DNA of 64,000 bases. Source: the human T2T-CHM13v2.0 reference genome, Homo sapiens. Numbering within the stretch: the stretch's first letter is position 1; each line of letters begins with the position of its first letter. The position numbers were made by a program, and so were the translations under genes. Of the stretch, positions 1-13,025 are shown one piece after another. The notes beneath the pieces are model-generated. The model saw nothing but the letters and a program-made list of their open reading frames with translations, made no database searches and had not been told where the DNA came from. Location: assembly GCF_009914755.1 (NCBI RefSeq), contig NC_060928.1; one strand, given 5' to 3'.

Positions 1-460
1 ATATAACATTGATGTGAATTCTCTTAATTAGTGGAGTTAGGTTTTTCCACATATTACATTTGTAATGGCATTTAAGCAAGTGTAAGATTTAGAAAATTTT
101 ATTTATCACATAATTGACAATTATCATCCTTTACTTATTTTCATGTAAGCTCATGATTACATCACAACTGTCCTGAAATATCTTACAGTAAAAGTATCCC
201 TTGCCTAAGTTCTTCATTGTAAATATCTAGTTTCTTTTCAACACACTCTGTTGTCCATTTTGTGAACCAGTTTTTGCTCATAAGTCATGTAAGCTGCTGT
301 GGGAAACTGCTTTTCTTGTCCCATTGTCTGTTTCTAACCTCTCAATTTCACTTTGAGGAATGACTTAAACTATAGCGGTGCTAGAAATTCTAAATAGAAG
401 GGACTATTCCATAGCAATCTGGTTGGGAGTTTGTTGCTATCTATGCCGTTGTCTAACGAA

Positions 461-578
461 TTATCTAATGAGTTATCTCATTAGATAATGAGATATTTAA
501 AAAGAAGCCTTCTTTTTTAAACCTTCTTATTAAAAAAGAAGCCTTCTTTTTTAAACCTTCTTATTAAAAAAGAAGCCT
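461..578. repeat. Perfect 12-bp hairpin followed by ~2.4 copies of a 34-bp palindromic tandem unit
   Basis: TTATCTAATGAG (461-472) / CTCATTAGATAA (477-488); GAAGCC recurs at 504, 538 and 572 (period 34); the unit contains TTAAAAAAGAA-GCC-TTCTTTTTTAA. Confidence 0.9.
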
Positions 579-1054
579 GTGCCTGCACTTTCCAAGATGC
601 AGCCTGCTTGCAAATTTACCAGATGAATAAAAGGACATCCAGCAAGAAAGGAAAGTCAAAACGAATATACTGAAAATCACTAGTGCTCAAGTTCCAAACT
701 GTTGCAATAAATTTAAGGCAACTGCTAACTACCTAAGAAAAAAAAAATTCCAGGATTTACAATGAAGGAGAAGAAGCTAGATCTAAATCCCGATTTTTGA
801 CCTTTGAGATTTACCTTTTCCTTGGGAATTCCTAACTAATTTAACCTGCTCCCATGATGATACCCACTAGCAGAGGTAGGAGGCCACGAGTTCTCATCTA
901 CCCTTTAATTCCTCACAACACAACTGATCCAAGGCTGGAGCGTTCAAATATGAAATTACTCAAGGCTAGAAAAATCTTTAATGTGAGATTAAATGACATA
1001 ATGCAAAGTGATCTTCAAAATCTAAATTATCTAAATCCAGTTTCAAGGTTTCGT

Positions 1055-1375
1055 GAGCTCCTCTGTCTAATACACTAGCCATTAGCCACAAGTGACTATT
1101 AAGCACTTGAGATATGCCTAGTCCAAATTGAAATGTGCTGAAAGTATAAAATGCACACTGGATTTCAAAGACTTAGTACAAAAAAGAATGTAAGATCTCA
1201 TTAAAATTTTTATACTGAATACATATTGAAATGATAACATTTTAGACATATTCAGTTAAATACAATACAAAATGAAAATTATGTTTTCTGTTTTTTAGTT
1301 CATTTTAAAGTGGTTACCAGAAAAATTTAAATTACATACATGATTTTTACTGTATTTCTATTGGAAAGTGCTCTA
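1055..1375 (+). mobile_element. MER33-like non-autonomous hAT-Charlie DNA transposon
   Basis: Matches recalled MER33 consensus: TAGCCACAAGTGACTATTAAGCACTTGAGAT...GGATTTCAAAGACTTAGTAC...ATTTCTATTGGA. Confidence 0.75.
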
Positions 1376-1449
1376 AAGCAATGCTTCAGTAATGTTCTTG
1401 CCTTTTCCTCAGCCTGTCCCCCTCACAGAAACTTTTAGAAATGTATTGG

Positions 1450-1625
1450 CTTAGGTTGAAGATTCTGGACTTTAGCAGACCTGAATTTACATTCCAATTC
1501 TCCACTTAATAGCTGAGTGACTTTGGACATATTACTTAAACTTTATGCCTCAATTTCCCCAGCTATACAATAGAGATAATAATATATTGCCCACCTACAT
1601 CATATGGTTACTGTGAAGATTAAAT
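1450..1625 (+). mobile_element. MIR SINE
   Basis: MIR core: CTCCACTTAATAGCTGAGTGACTTTGGAC...GCCTCAATTTCCCCAGCTATACAATAGAGATAATAAT. Confidence 0.7.
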
Positions 1626-1833
1626 TAAAACTTTAAATTTCTTATTTTCTTCAAACATAAGAATTACTCAGTTATAATTATGTTCTTCCTAATGTACATT
1701 CCTGCTATCCAGGGACTCTTCTTAATGTTCCTAGATTCATCATGTCTAGACTTAAGAGAGTAAAACCTCAAGAACACTCAATATTATTCCCTTCCCTGTG
1801 TAAATAAAGCATGTCTTATTTTTACTGGATGGC

Positions 1834-2229
1834 TGATATAGTTTGGATCTGTGTCCCTACCCAAATCTCAAATCGAATTGTAATCTCCATTTTAGAGGTG
1901 GAGCCTTAGGGAGAAGACTGGATCATGGACGCCGATTTCCCCCTTTGCACTGTATCACAATAGTGAGTGAATTCTCATGAAATCTGGTTGTTTAAAAGTG
2001 CTATAGCTTCTCCCTCACCCCTCTTCCTCCTGCTTCAGCCATGTGAAGTGCTCATTCCCACTTTGCCTTCCACCGTGATTGAAAGTTCCCTGAGGCCACC
2101 CCAGAAGCCGAGCAGAAGCTGCTACGCTTCTCATACAGCCTGCAGAAACACAAGCCAGTTAAACCTCTTTTCTTTATAAATTACCTGGTCTCAGATATTT
2201 ATTTACAGCAGTGAGAACAGACTAATACA
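1834..2229 (+). mobile_element. MSTA-like ERVL-MaLR solo LTR
   Basis: TGATATAGTTTGGATCTGTGTCCC start, GAACAGACTAATACA end, 5-bp TSD ATGGC at 1829-1833 and 2230-2234. Confidence 0.9.
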
Positions 2230-3524
2230 ATGGCTGACACACAGGATAACAACTTTTCAAAATAGGTCAAGCGTAATCATCTGGATGTAGCCTACTTATA
2301 AGACATAGCTAGGTGAACAATGTTCAAATTAGAAATATACATGTAAATATAGGACAGTTGGTTTATTACATAAATTTAACAACATAAATCACATAATATT
2401 GAAGAAATCTGACATAAAATGTCATCAACTAATGTGACTAAATATTTCACTGAATAAACTGCCTTGCTTTGTTTTTTAATGGAATTGTCTAATATAATCC
2501 AGTATTCAAAATTAGAATCAGCAGAAACAATGTTTATAATATAAAATATTACTTTACTCATATAAACAAAACTATGGTGGCTCTGCATTTGGAACACTGC
2601 TTGGAATTTGTTTGCCAAACCTAAAGCATACATAATAAAATGAGGGATTATTAAGCTCATAGCAAATAAAATAATCAATAAGAACGAAATGTTTCTGAAT
2701 AATTACAAAAAGAGAAAAGCCCAAGCATGGGGAAAAGGAAAACTCAACATAGTTATCACTTCTAAGGGTGATAATTAAGGATTGAAGGCACAGGTTCGAT
2801 TATGACTAAGGACATCATCTTATTTACTAAAGTCTTTAATTCTAAAACTAGTAGGCAATTCTAGAAATTTGAAAGAGGCAACTTATTGTGTATTAAATAC
2901 TCTGGGTACTTAACTTGATACATCATCCCAAGAAATAATATAGAAAATGGTTTAATATGTAGGGGTTTAAACTAACTGATGGATGCTGAAGCTAAAACAG
3001 TATATTTTTAAAAGAAAGTAGAGATGCTCTAGAAATTATATCACGAGGGCTGCTATACCCTTCATCTTAAACATGCTTTTGTGCCATTATTAGCGTTACA
3101 AAGAGTAATCCTGTCTTGGGAAACAGGCAGAAAGTTCTTAGTTGACTATATAGAAGAGACAGAAGGCAGGTATTTAGAACTTAAATTAAACTTTACAGAC
3201 ACGATCACTTGGCTGCAGATATGAAGAAAAAATGTCGTTCAGCAACAGACTGGGGTCGGCACAGGCTGTGGCAAAGGCCACCAGGTGGGGGGTCTTAGGT
3301 GGCGCAACACACTTTTCCCTGTAGGCAGGTTGAGCCCAGCAGCACTACATCCAGGAGAAGGCTACTTAGAATCCAAGTCAGAGAGCCAGAGGTGATTGGA
3401 GAGGAGCATCGTAACAACAAGCCTGGTGGTCAGACACAGGATTCCAGTTTCTTAGTGGTATGGAAGACAAAAGACTATTAAGAATTAGGAAAAGCCTCAG
3501 TCTTAAGTGGATTGCAGCTATAGG

Positions 3525-3750
3525 CTAGTGGTTCTCAGCTGGGAGTGATTTTGCCCCATCCCCAACCCTCTCCCCTCAGAGACATTAGGAAATGTATGAA
3601 GATATTTTTATTGTCACAGTTGTGGGTGGTGAGTGCTTCTAGCATCCAGTGGGTAAAGGCCAGGGATGCAAAATATCCTACAACACACTTGGCAACCCCT
3701 TCACAACAAATGGTTATCTGGCCCAAAATCACAATAGGACTGATACTCTA
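3525..3750 (+). mobile_element. MER20 hAT DNA transposon
   Basis: AGTGGTTCTCAGCTGGGAGTGATTTTGCCCC...GCATCCAGTGGGTAAAGGCCAGGGATGC. Confidence 0.75.
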
Positions 3751-4080
<330 letters not shown>

Positions 4081-4254
4081 ACTTGAACAGAGAATAGCAC
4101 TGAAGTCCAAAATAGATTATAAGGTGGGAACCAGGTGTCAGCATGAAGTAAACTCAAAAGAGATCAGGCCCAGCCTCGCAACAGGTATGAGTTGACACTA
4201 CATTCCCATGTATTGGGCCAGAACTGCTATGAGGCATTGTGTTATAGGTGAAGA

Positions 4255-5080
4255 AAACAAATCTACATTCAACTCTAGGTCTCCCAACTACTAGCTCTGT
4301 GGCCCAAAACAAGTTATATAACCTTGACTTTCTTGTCAGTAAAATCCACATAGTAATACCAGATCATACGGATACTGTAAAGATCACCAAGGTAATGTAT
4401 CTAAAATGCCTGCCAGGGTACTTAGAACATCATAATACTGGAACAGCAACAAAGTTGCTGCACCTAACACATAACATACGAATTATCTATGCCCTTGGCA
4501 AATCAACAAAATTTGCTACGTCTAAATCTAATGAACATTTAAAAATACTCAACCAACTTGCCCTCTCAGTAACACTGGACGCTATCTACCACTTTGCTTT
4601 TGAAACTCTGCTGCTGGCTTCCATAATACTAAACTTTTAAGAGTTTTCTTTCTAGTTCTCTGACTGTTCTTAAAAGTCTTAGGTGACTCTGTATTTATAC
4701 ATGGTTTATACGTTGTTGTAGTTCAGGGCCTTTTCTTCTCCCCACTCTGCATACTCTTCCTAAGCAATCTCCTGTACTCATTCTCATTGCTACATTTACC
4801 ACTGATACCTCTAGTCCAAGTATTTCTTGTATGTTCCAGAAGCACTTCAAGCTCACTATTTCCCAACCAACAACATAAATTCAACTTCTCTACTGTGTTC
4901 CCTGGTTTTCTCTTCCCACATTTCTTGCCACACTGTATTGTAACTGCTGTTCTCTTATCTGTTTTCCCAACTCGATGCAAGTAAGTTCTCTGGGGGCAGG
5001 AGTAGTGCCTATCTTGTTGACACATAACCCTACTGCCCAGCACATAAATGCATGAATGTAAAGTTAAAATCAACTTCCTT
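4255..5080. mobile_element. Degraded MIR and L2 fragments
   Basis: MIR-like 4255-4430; L2-like pyrimidine-rich segments and 3' tail (CATAAATGCATGAATG) near 5045. Confidence 0.45.
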
Positions 5081-5145
5081 CTCAGTGACTCCATTCCTAT
5101 CTAATTGTGGGGCACATGGAGCCCAGACAACTGTCTAGGAAGTAG

Positions 5146-5484
<339 letters not shown>

Positions 5485-5498
5485 CATAATTCTAAACA

Positions 5499-7366
5499 CT
5501 ATAGAGAGTTGGAAAGATGGTTCTTCAAACTCACCCTGATTAAAAAGAAAAATACATGTTTTCAAGTGTTTGGATCTACAATAACACCCTTATTCAGCCT
5601 GGTTGTCTTAAATGCTTGGCCCAGTACTGGGCATGTAGTAAGCACTCAACTGTTGACATTTGTTTAAATAAATGACTTAAAATTTGAAAATATTCAACTT
5701 TTTTTCATAAAAATTTAGAGATGTTTCTTATTTTTCTATATTCACAAAGCTACAATGTATAGAAGACATGTTTTCTCATCAATTTTATGTGGCATTACCA
5801 AAGCTCTCAGGTACTTTCATAGCATATTTACTTGAAACATTATAGGGATGTCAATAATATATGTAAATTTAAGCCATTTAATTTTAAATTTATTGCATTC
5901 AATTTGTAGAAAAAGATTTCTATGCATTATCAAATTTTTTTAATCTTGAGGTCAGTAAATATAACTGTACACCATAAATTTGCCAACAATGAACAAGTAT
6001 TGATCTACATATACACAGAGGAGATTTCTGAGCCTTTGTCATATTGGCAAAATGTGTATCCTTCTATAAAGGAAATGTTATAATAAAGTAGTAATATGTA
6101 CATAAGAGTTACTTCCACATTTAAAACAGCAGTTTGAACCTTTATAAAAGTTTTTTTAAAAAAATCATAAGTCATTTGCATAGCATTTTATTTTACAAAA
6201 CATTCTCACATTTATTGCATCATGTTAGACATTTAATACAGACATAATTCCTTGTAACCAAAATTGAACAATTATATTATTGAAAACACATTTTCTTTTT
6301 GTTTTTAAGGAGAAGTCTAGGAGTTGGGTGAAGCTAAATGAGATGTGTTGTGAAATAACACAAATATTTCAAAGAAATATGTAACTAAAACTGATAAGAT
6401 TAAAATCATTTTCCATCATGCTGTTTCATACGCCATATGTTAAAGAGTTCCCTTTATGGAAACACTTAGGTCTGAGAGAAGTATTTATCTTGTTACAACC
6501 CTCTGAACATTTTTATTTAACAAACAAATAAAAAGATACCTGATGCTTGAATTAAAGGTCAATGAAACAGTAAAGACCCATGGGTCAAGCACAAAGAAGC
6601 CACAGTGAAGTTGAACATCTCTGGTCTCAGAGTTTAACTCGCTGTACCTAACCATAGTTAGCATACGCTTTCTACACAGTTGGTAGCAATCAGATACATA
6701 TTTAATGTGGTTTCATTATATCTTATAAATGCTGGCATAGAATAATCTCCCCAGGGTATTCAGTGAATAATAGAAAAGAGAAAATGATGAGCACATTTAG
6801 CACATGCACCCACAACCTCATGATAAAAGGCAGCATTCCCCCCATACAGCACCTGTTGTCATAGCTGGTTTAATTACTTTTCATTGTAGTCAGCTGCCTG
6901 AAATATTTATCATGGAGCCTATAATTTTCCAAATCCAAGACTGACAACTACTCGAGTGACTATAGGAACTGAAATTTTACTAACCCTTCTTACTTCTGTG
7001 CTTTATTTGCAACATCAAAGGTGCTAAACAAAATATCTTTCAGGGAAGCTTCATTTGGTTAAGTGAATTGGTGCATTAAAAGATTAAAAGACGTTCACAC
7101 TACATTGAAAAGGCAATGTGTCACATCAAATTATGGCTGAAATAGGGATAGAAATAATTTAATGATGAAATATTAAAGCACTCAATGTGCTAAAATAAAA
7201 GATACAAATAAATTCAAAGGTTTTTATACAGAGGTGCCAATAAAGAACACTTTCAGTCAACATTCTAGAACTTACTCTCCCAACCAGTTTAATACAAATT
7301 ACATATTTGTATTAAATACGTAATATTGGGTGAGTTTGAAGAACCATTCTTTCCAACTCTCTATAG
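5499..7366. repeat. 38/39-bp dispersed inverted repeat (arms 5499-5536 and 7328-7366)
   Basis: CTATAGAGAGTTGGAAAGATGGTTCTTCAAACTCACCC is the reverse complement of GGGTGAGTTTGAAGAACCAT(T)CTTTCCAACTCTCTATAG apart from a 1-nt indel. Confidence 0.95.
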
Positions 7367-7619
7367 CTGATTTTTACACCTCTTTCTGCAGTGAATTATT
7401 ATTATAAATCTTATGCTTTGGCTATCTTCTTCTTCTTGATATTTTAAATTTATTTGTTTACTTATGTATTTATTTACAGTATTTTAATTGACAAATAACT
7501 AGGCTATGTTCTTTTGGTAGTGAAATATATTGTGTTTTAGGATAAAATTTTGCTATTTCTGTGAATGGAGGTCCAAATGAATTTTTAACATCTTATTTAA
7601 TAAAAATGTATTTAAATAT

Positions 7620-7860
7620 TTGCACATTACATATTATTATATTGTGCTGTCAAAATGCCACACAAACATTAACTTATTTAATCTTTACAATAATCCTATA
7701 AAATGACAATTATTATTTTCTCTGTTTTACAATTGAAGAAATTGAGGTAGAGATTGAGTAATTTCCTCATAGTTAATAACACTAGTTAGTGGCAGACCTG
7801 GGATTCACACTCAGGTAATTTAACTCCAGAATCTGTTTTCTTAACCTCTATTCAGTACAT
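7620..7860 (-). mobile_element. MIR SINE
   Basis: CTGTTTTACAATTGAAGAAATTGAGG...TAGTGGCAGACCTGGGATTCACACTCAGG. Confidence 0.7.
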
Positions 7861-8179
7861 TAAAGCCAATTAATTTTATAGAAAGGTTCTTACTAATAGA
7901 AAAATAGTTTCATATATACCTCATTGACTCCATTTGCAGGTAGATCTGTTCAAATTATTAAGATAGATTATTGCAATTTAGAGTCAAAATATATTTTATA
8001 TTGCAACCCAGTAGATACTTATATCCACAAACCGACGCTCACAAACATAGTCAACACAAAAATTCACAAAATAAGACTACCCTTACTGCATTGTCTATAT
8101 TCAAGTATATTCTATTATATTGTATTTCATTTTTTAAATGCTGCTTATGACCAAGATATTTGCTTTCACAATGTACTAA

Positions 8180-8350
8180 CACAGTGGTTCTCATACCTGG
8201 CTAGCCATTGAAATCAAATAGGAAGATTTTAAAACTAAGGAATCTTTGAGCTCCACTGCTAATACTTAAATTAGAATCTCTGGAGAATAACATTTTAAAA
8301 GCTGTCCAGGTGATACCAATAAGCCTTATAGCTAAGAATCGCTACACTCT
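8180..8350. mobile_element. MER5-like hAT fragment
   Basis: CAGTGGTTCTCA start; TTAGAATCTCTGG...CATTTTAAAAGCTGTCCAGGTGAT...TAAGAATCGCT. Confidence 0.55.
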
Positions 8351-8689
8351 TGAGTCAATATGCTTAATGCGTAAGACACATTGGAGTAGATGAAACTGAC
8401 AAGATGCATTTTCATCATCAGTTAAATATGGGACTTCTGAGTGACAGGACTATTGGATTATTTTACATTAGCATATCAGTTTTCTATGTTTTAAATGACT
8501 ATGGAATTCTTGAAGATGCCTTAAAATATTTTTTTCATTGGTAGCCTAATAGTCCTTTTTTAATATTGTTCATAATGGTGACTTGCTTAGCATAACCTTT
8601 CTTCATTAACATCTTAAAGATATTTAAACCCAGGACCACCTGACTATTACCAATTAGTGGATCCTGAATCAACAAATTCATATTTATTT

Positions 8690-10754
8690 TCTACTTTATT
8701 TTTATTTCCAACACTTATTTTAAGTTCAGGAGTACACGTGCCAGATGTACAGATTTGTCATATAGGTAAGTATATGCCATGGTGGTTTGCTGCACAGATC
8801 ATCCCATCACCTAGGTATTAAGCCCAGCATCCATTAGCTATTCTTCCTGATTCTCTCCCTCCTCCCAACCCCCACACTCTGACAGGCCCATGTACGTTGT
8901 TCCCTACATCCCATGTGTCCATGTGTTCCCATCAGTCAGCTCCCACTTCTAAGTGAGAACATGCAGTATTTGGTTTTCTGTTCCTGTGTTAGTGTGTGAG
9001 GATAATGGCCTCCAGCTCCATCCATGTCCCTGCAAACAGACATGATCTTGTTCCTTTTTATGGCCGCACAGTATTCCACGGTGTATCTATATCACATTTT
9101 CTTCAACCAGTCTATCACTGATGGGCATTTAGGTTGATTCCATGTCTTTGCTATTGTGAATAGTGCTGTAGTGAACATACACATGCATGTATCTTTATAA
9201 TAGAATGATTTATATTCCTTTGGGTATATTCCCAGCAACGGGATTGCTGCGTCAAATGGTATTTCTGCCTCTAGGTCTTTAAGGGATGGCCACACTATCT
9301 TCCACAATGGTTGAACAATTTACACTCCCACCAACAGTATAAAAGCATCCCTTTTTCTCCCCAAACTCACCAGCATCTGTTGTTTTCTGACTTTTTAATA
9401 ATAGCCATCCTGATTGATGTGAGATGGTATCTCATTGTGGTTTTGATTTGCATTTCTGTAATGATCAGTGATGTTGAGGTTTTTTCATATGTTTGTTGGG
9501 TGCATGTTTGTCTTCTTTTGAGAAGGGTCTGTTCATGTCTTTTGCCCACTTTTTAATGGGGTTGGTTTTTTTCTTATAAATATGTTTAAGTTTCTTGTAG
9601 ACTCCGGATATTTGACTTTTGTCAGGTGAATAGATTGCAAAAATTTTCTCCCATTCTGTAGGTTGTCTGTTCACACTGTTGATAGTTTCTTTTGCTGTGC
9701 AGAAGCTCTTTAGTTTAATTAGATCCCATTTGTCAATTTTTGCTTTTGTTGCAATTGCTTTTGGAATCTTTGTCATGAAATATTTTCCCATGTTTATGTC
9801 CTGAATGGTATTGCCTAGGTTTTCTTCTAAGGTTTGTGTAGCTTTGGGTTTTACATTTAAGTTTTTAATCCATCTTGAGTTGATTTTTGTACATGGTGTA
9901 AGGAAGGGATCCAGTTTTAATTTTCTGCACATGGCTAGCCAGTTCTCCCAGCACCATTTGTTAAATGGGGAATCATTTCCCCATTGTTTGTTTTTGTCAG
10001 ATTTGCTGAAAATCAGATAGTTGTAGGTGTGTGGACTTATTCCAGGTTCTCTATTATGTTCCATTGGTCTATGTGTCTGTTCTTTTACTAGTACCATTTT
10101 GTTTTGGATACTGTAGACTTGTAAAATAGTTTAAAGTCAGATAACATGATGCCCCTAGCTTTGTTCTTTTTGCTTAGGATTGCCTTGGCTATTCAGGCTC
10201 TTTTTCATTCCATATGAACTTTAAAATAGTTTTTTTCTAATTCTGTAAGGATTGTCAATGGTAGTTTAATGAGAATAGCATTGAATCTATAAATTGCTTT
10301 GGGCAGTATGGCCATCTTAATGATAGTGATTCTTCCCATCCATGAACATGGAGTGTTTTTTCATTTGTTTGTGTCATCTCTGATTTCTTTGAGCAGTGGT
10401 TTGTAGTTCTCCTTGAAGAGGTCTTTCACTTCCCTTGTTCGTTGTATTTCTTCATATTTTATTCTTTTTGTGGCAATTGTGAATGGGAATTCATTCATAA
10501 TTTGGCTCTTTGCTTGCCTGTTGTTGATGTATAGGAATGCAAGTGATTTTTGCACACTGATTTTGTATCCTAAGACTTTGCTGAAGTTACTTATCAGTGT
10601 AAGAAGTTTTTGGGTTTTCTAGATATAGAATCATGTCATTTGTCAAGATAGCTTGACCTCCTCTCTTCCTATTTGAATACGCTTTATTTCTTTCACTTGC
10701 CTGATTGCCCTGGCTAGAACTTCTAATGCTATGTTAAATAGGATTGGTGAAAGA
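8690..10754 (-). mobile_element. 5'-truncated L1PA-type LINE-1 (3' ~2.1 kb)
   Basis: T-rich tail, L1 3'UTR, broken ORF2 peptides (e.g. 9465-10097 [21 protein letters not shown]). Confidence 0.95.
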
Positions 10755-10854
10755 AGACCTAGTTAATTTTATACCTGTATTTTCCTCCTTTTATTTTCAT
10801 TCTTTCTCCTCCAAATATTGTGATTGTCTACAAGAAAAAAAGTTAACACAGTCA

Positions 10855-11232
10855 TAATATGGTTTGGATTTGTGTCCCCACCCAAATCTCATGTCAAATG
10901 GTAATCCCCAATATTGGAGGAGGGACCTGCTGGGAGGTGATTGGATCACGGAGCCAGATTTCCCCCTTGCTGTTCTCATGATAGTGAGTGAATTCTCATT
11001 AGATCTGGTTGTTTAAAAGTGCTTAGGACCTCCCTCTTTCCTCTATTCCTCCTGCTCTGGACATGTAAGATGTGCCTGCTTCCACTTCCGCCATGATTAA
11101 ACATTTCCTAAGTCTTCTCCAGCCATGCTTTCTGTACAGCCTGTGGAACGATGAGCCAATTAAACTTCTTTTCTTTATAAATTAGCCAGTTTCAGGTATT
11201 TCTTTATGGTAGTGCAAGAACAGACTAATACA
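10855..11232 (+). mobile_element. MSTA-like MaLR solo LTR
   Basis: TAATATGGTTTGGATTTGTGTCCCCACCCAAATCTCATG...GCAAGAACAGACTAATACA. Confidence 0.9.
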
Positions 11233-11540
11233 CTCATGCATTCCTAATGACAGGGATACATTCTGAGAAATGTGTTGGGTGATTATGTCATTGTACAAAC
11301 ATCATAGACTATACTTATGCAAACCTAGATGGTATAGCCTATTACACATCTATCCTGTATGGTTGATCCTATTACTCCTAGGCCACAAACCTGCACAGCA
11401 TGTTGCTGTACTGAATCTGTAGGCAACTGTAATACAATCAAAAGATACAGTAAAAATATGGTATTATAGTCTTACAGGAATGCCATTGTATATTCAGTCC
11501 ATCACTGACTGAAACATAATTGTGCAGTACATGGCTGCAG
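11233..11540 (+). mobile_element. Tigger3 (MER7-like) TcMar DNA transposon; its first bases CAGTCA lie at 10849-10854, before the LTR
   Basis: ATGACAGGGATACATTCTGAGAAATG...AAACCTAGATGGTATAGCCTA...ACTGACTGAAACAT. Confidence 0.8.
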
Positions 11541-11960
11541 TACAAGTGAATTTAACATTTGGAGTTTGAGCAACTAACTGCCTTTTTGAAAGAGTAAAGC
11601 AGCTGTTGAATTTGATGTATGAAAACTGGTTCTGACAAGATAGGACCAGGGTCCACTGCTGACCATTGAAAGGCAATGTGACTTAAATGAGGGTCATCTC
11701 CTATAGCATGCTTAAAATGAAGAAAACAACTAACTAGATGCATGTAGAAGCTTGTGGAAATGAAACAGATCAAAACGAAGTGTGAGTCAGGTGTTTGTCT
11801 TGGCAGATACAGGTCCCAGATGTGTTAATATAATATAATTTTATTTATTTTTAAATTTCCTATCATTGATTCTTTTTCATTGTTGTGATTTTACGGTTTT
11901 CAACCTAAACTGGCAATACTTTAATTTCTATGGTGAAAAACAGTGACATCTTTCAGAAGG

Positions 11961-11962
<2 letters not shown>

Positions 11963-12005
<43 letters not shown>

Positions 12006-13025
12006 ATATATTTATATAATTTTTATATATGATTTATATAATTTATATATATTTTATATATTTATGTAATTTATTTATATAATTTATATATATTTATGTA
12101 ATTTATTTATATAATTTATATATATTTATATAATTTATTTATATAATTTATATATATTTATATAATTTATTTATATAATTTATATATATTTATATAATTT
12201 ATTTATATAATTTATATATATTTATATAATTTATTTATATAATTTATATATATTTATATAATTTATTTATATAATTTATATATTTATATAATTTATTTAT
12301 ATAATTTATATATATTTATATAATTTATATATATAATTTATATATATTTATATAATTTATATATATAATTTTTATATATTTATATAATTTATATATATAA
12401 TTTTTATATATTTATATAATTTATATATATAATTTATATATATTTATATATATTATTTCTATATAATTTTTATATATTACATATATTATTTATATATAAT
12501 TTATATATATTTATATAAAAATTATATATTTATATATTATTTATATATATTTATATAAAAATTATATATTTATATATTATTTATATATAATTTATATATT
12601 TATATATTATTTATATATATTATTTATATATATTTATATATTTATATATTATTTATATATTTATATATTTATATATATTATTTATATATATTTATATATT
12701 ATTTATATATATTATTTATATATATTTATATATTATTTATATATATTTATATATTATTTATATATTTTATATATTTATATATAATTTATATATATTTTTA
12801 GATATAATTTATATATGTATTTATATATAATTTATATATTTATATATAATTATATATAATTATATATATTTATATATATATATAATTTATATATATTTTT
12901 ATATAAATTATATATATAATTTATATACTTTATATATAATTATATATAATTATATACAATTATATATAATAATATATAAATATATATAACTACCATTATT
13001 TATATATAATATATATTTTATATAT
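11963..13025. repeat. ~1.06 kb interrupted (TA)n / AT-only minisatellite
   Basis: Starts as pure (TA)n, then reiterated TTTATATAATTTATATATA variants; almost no G/C. Confidence 0.98.

Noticed and set aside
498-578. CRISPR-like array (palindromic repeats with ~34-bp period)
   Set aside because: The 'spacers' are identical, there are no cas genes and the context is primate DNA; it is a tandem duplication.
5499-7366. Inverted repeats as TIRs of a novel DNA transposon
   Set aside because: No target-site duplication outside the arms, no transposase remnant, and the ends match no superfamily signature I recognise.
9465-10097. Longest ORFs in the track (210 aa here; also 222 aa at 29326-29994 and 194 aa at 33880-34464) as genes
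   Set aside because: All are fragments of frameshifted L1 ORF2p, not host genes or active elements.
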